From Raja brachyura (Eukaryota): 64,000 nt of DNA. The stretch covers positions 4,960,001 to 5,024,000 of the forward strand of contig OY740795.1 in NCBI GenBank assembly GCA_963514005.1, given 5' to 3'. The notes beneath the pieces are model-generated. The model was given only the letters and a program-made list of their open reading frames with translations, was not told the DNA's origin and did not search any database. This document shows, in pieces, positions 63,801 to 64,000 of the stretch; position 1 is the first letter of the stretch, and each line of letters begins with the position of its first letter. The position numbers and the translations under genes are program-made.

Positions 63801-64000
63801 TACTTAGAGATAATATGTATATAAACATCTGGATAAACAGTGTCTGATCAAGAACAGTCAACATGGATTTGTGCCTGGAAGGTCATGTTTGACAAACGTT
63901 CTTGAATTTTTTGAAGAGGTTACTAGGGAAATTGATGAGGGTAAAGCAGTGGATGTTGTCCATATGGATTTCAGTAAGGCCTTTGACAAGGTTCCCCATG

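Overview
Cartilaginous-fish genomic DNA (probably a skate or ray, inferred from its repeat content) carrying one essentially complete, unrearranged IgNAR (heavy-chain-only antibody) cluster on the minus strand. Order: octamer/TATA promoter (~26877-26909), leader (26742-26784), V (26344-26606), D1 (26075-26088), D2 (25674-25685), J (25253-25293), C1-C4, C5 plus secretory tail (7053-7435), poly(A) signal and TM1 exon (955-1112). All splice sites and phases can be read directly and are consistent. Unusual points: (i) only two D segments, in an IgM-like V-22 / 12-D1-22 / 12-D2-12 / 23-J layout, where shark IgNAR has three; (ii) an in-frame TAG in the only J segment, which must be trimmed off during recombination; (iii) no extra cysteines in V, D or J (type IV/IIb-like); (iv) a divergent transmembrane motif. 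The rest is dense transposon debris: CR1, L2, Rex1/Babar, L1, RTE, HERO-like, Penelope, Tc1, hAT MITEs with 8-bp TSDs, Helitron-like ends with a 1.5-kb G-rich tract in the J-C intron, and tRNA-SINEs. There is also a ~270-bp-arm inverted duplication and two assembly gaps. Ig coordinates were read base by base; repeat boundaries are approximate. Family assignments rest on recalled motifs, not on database searches.
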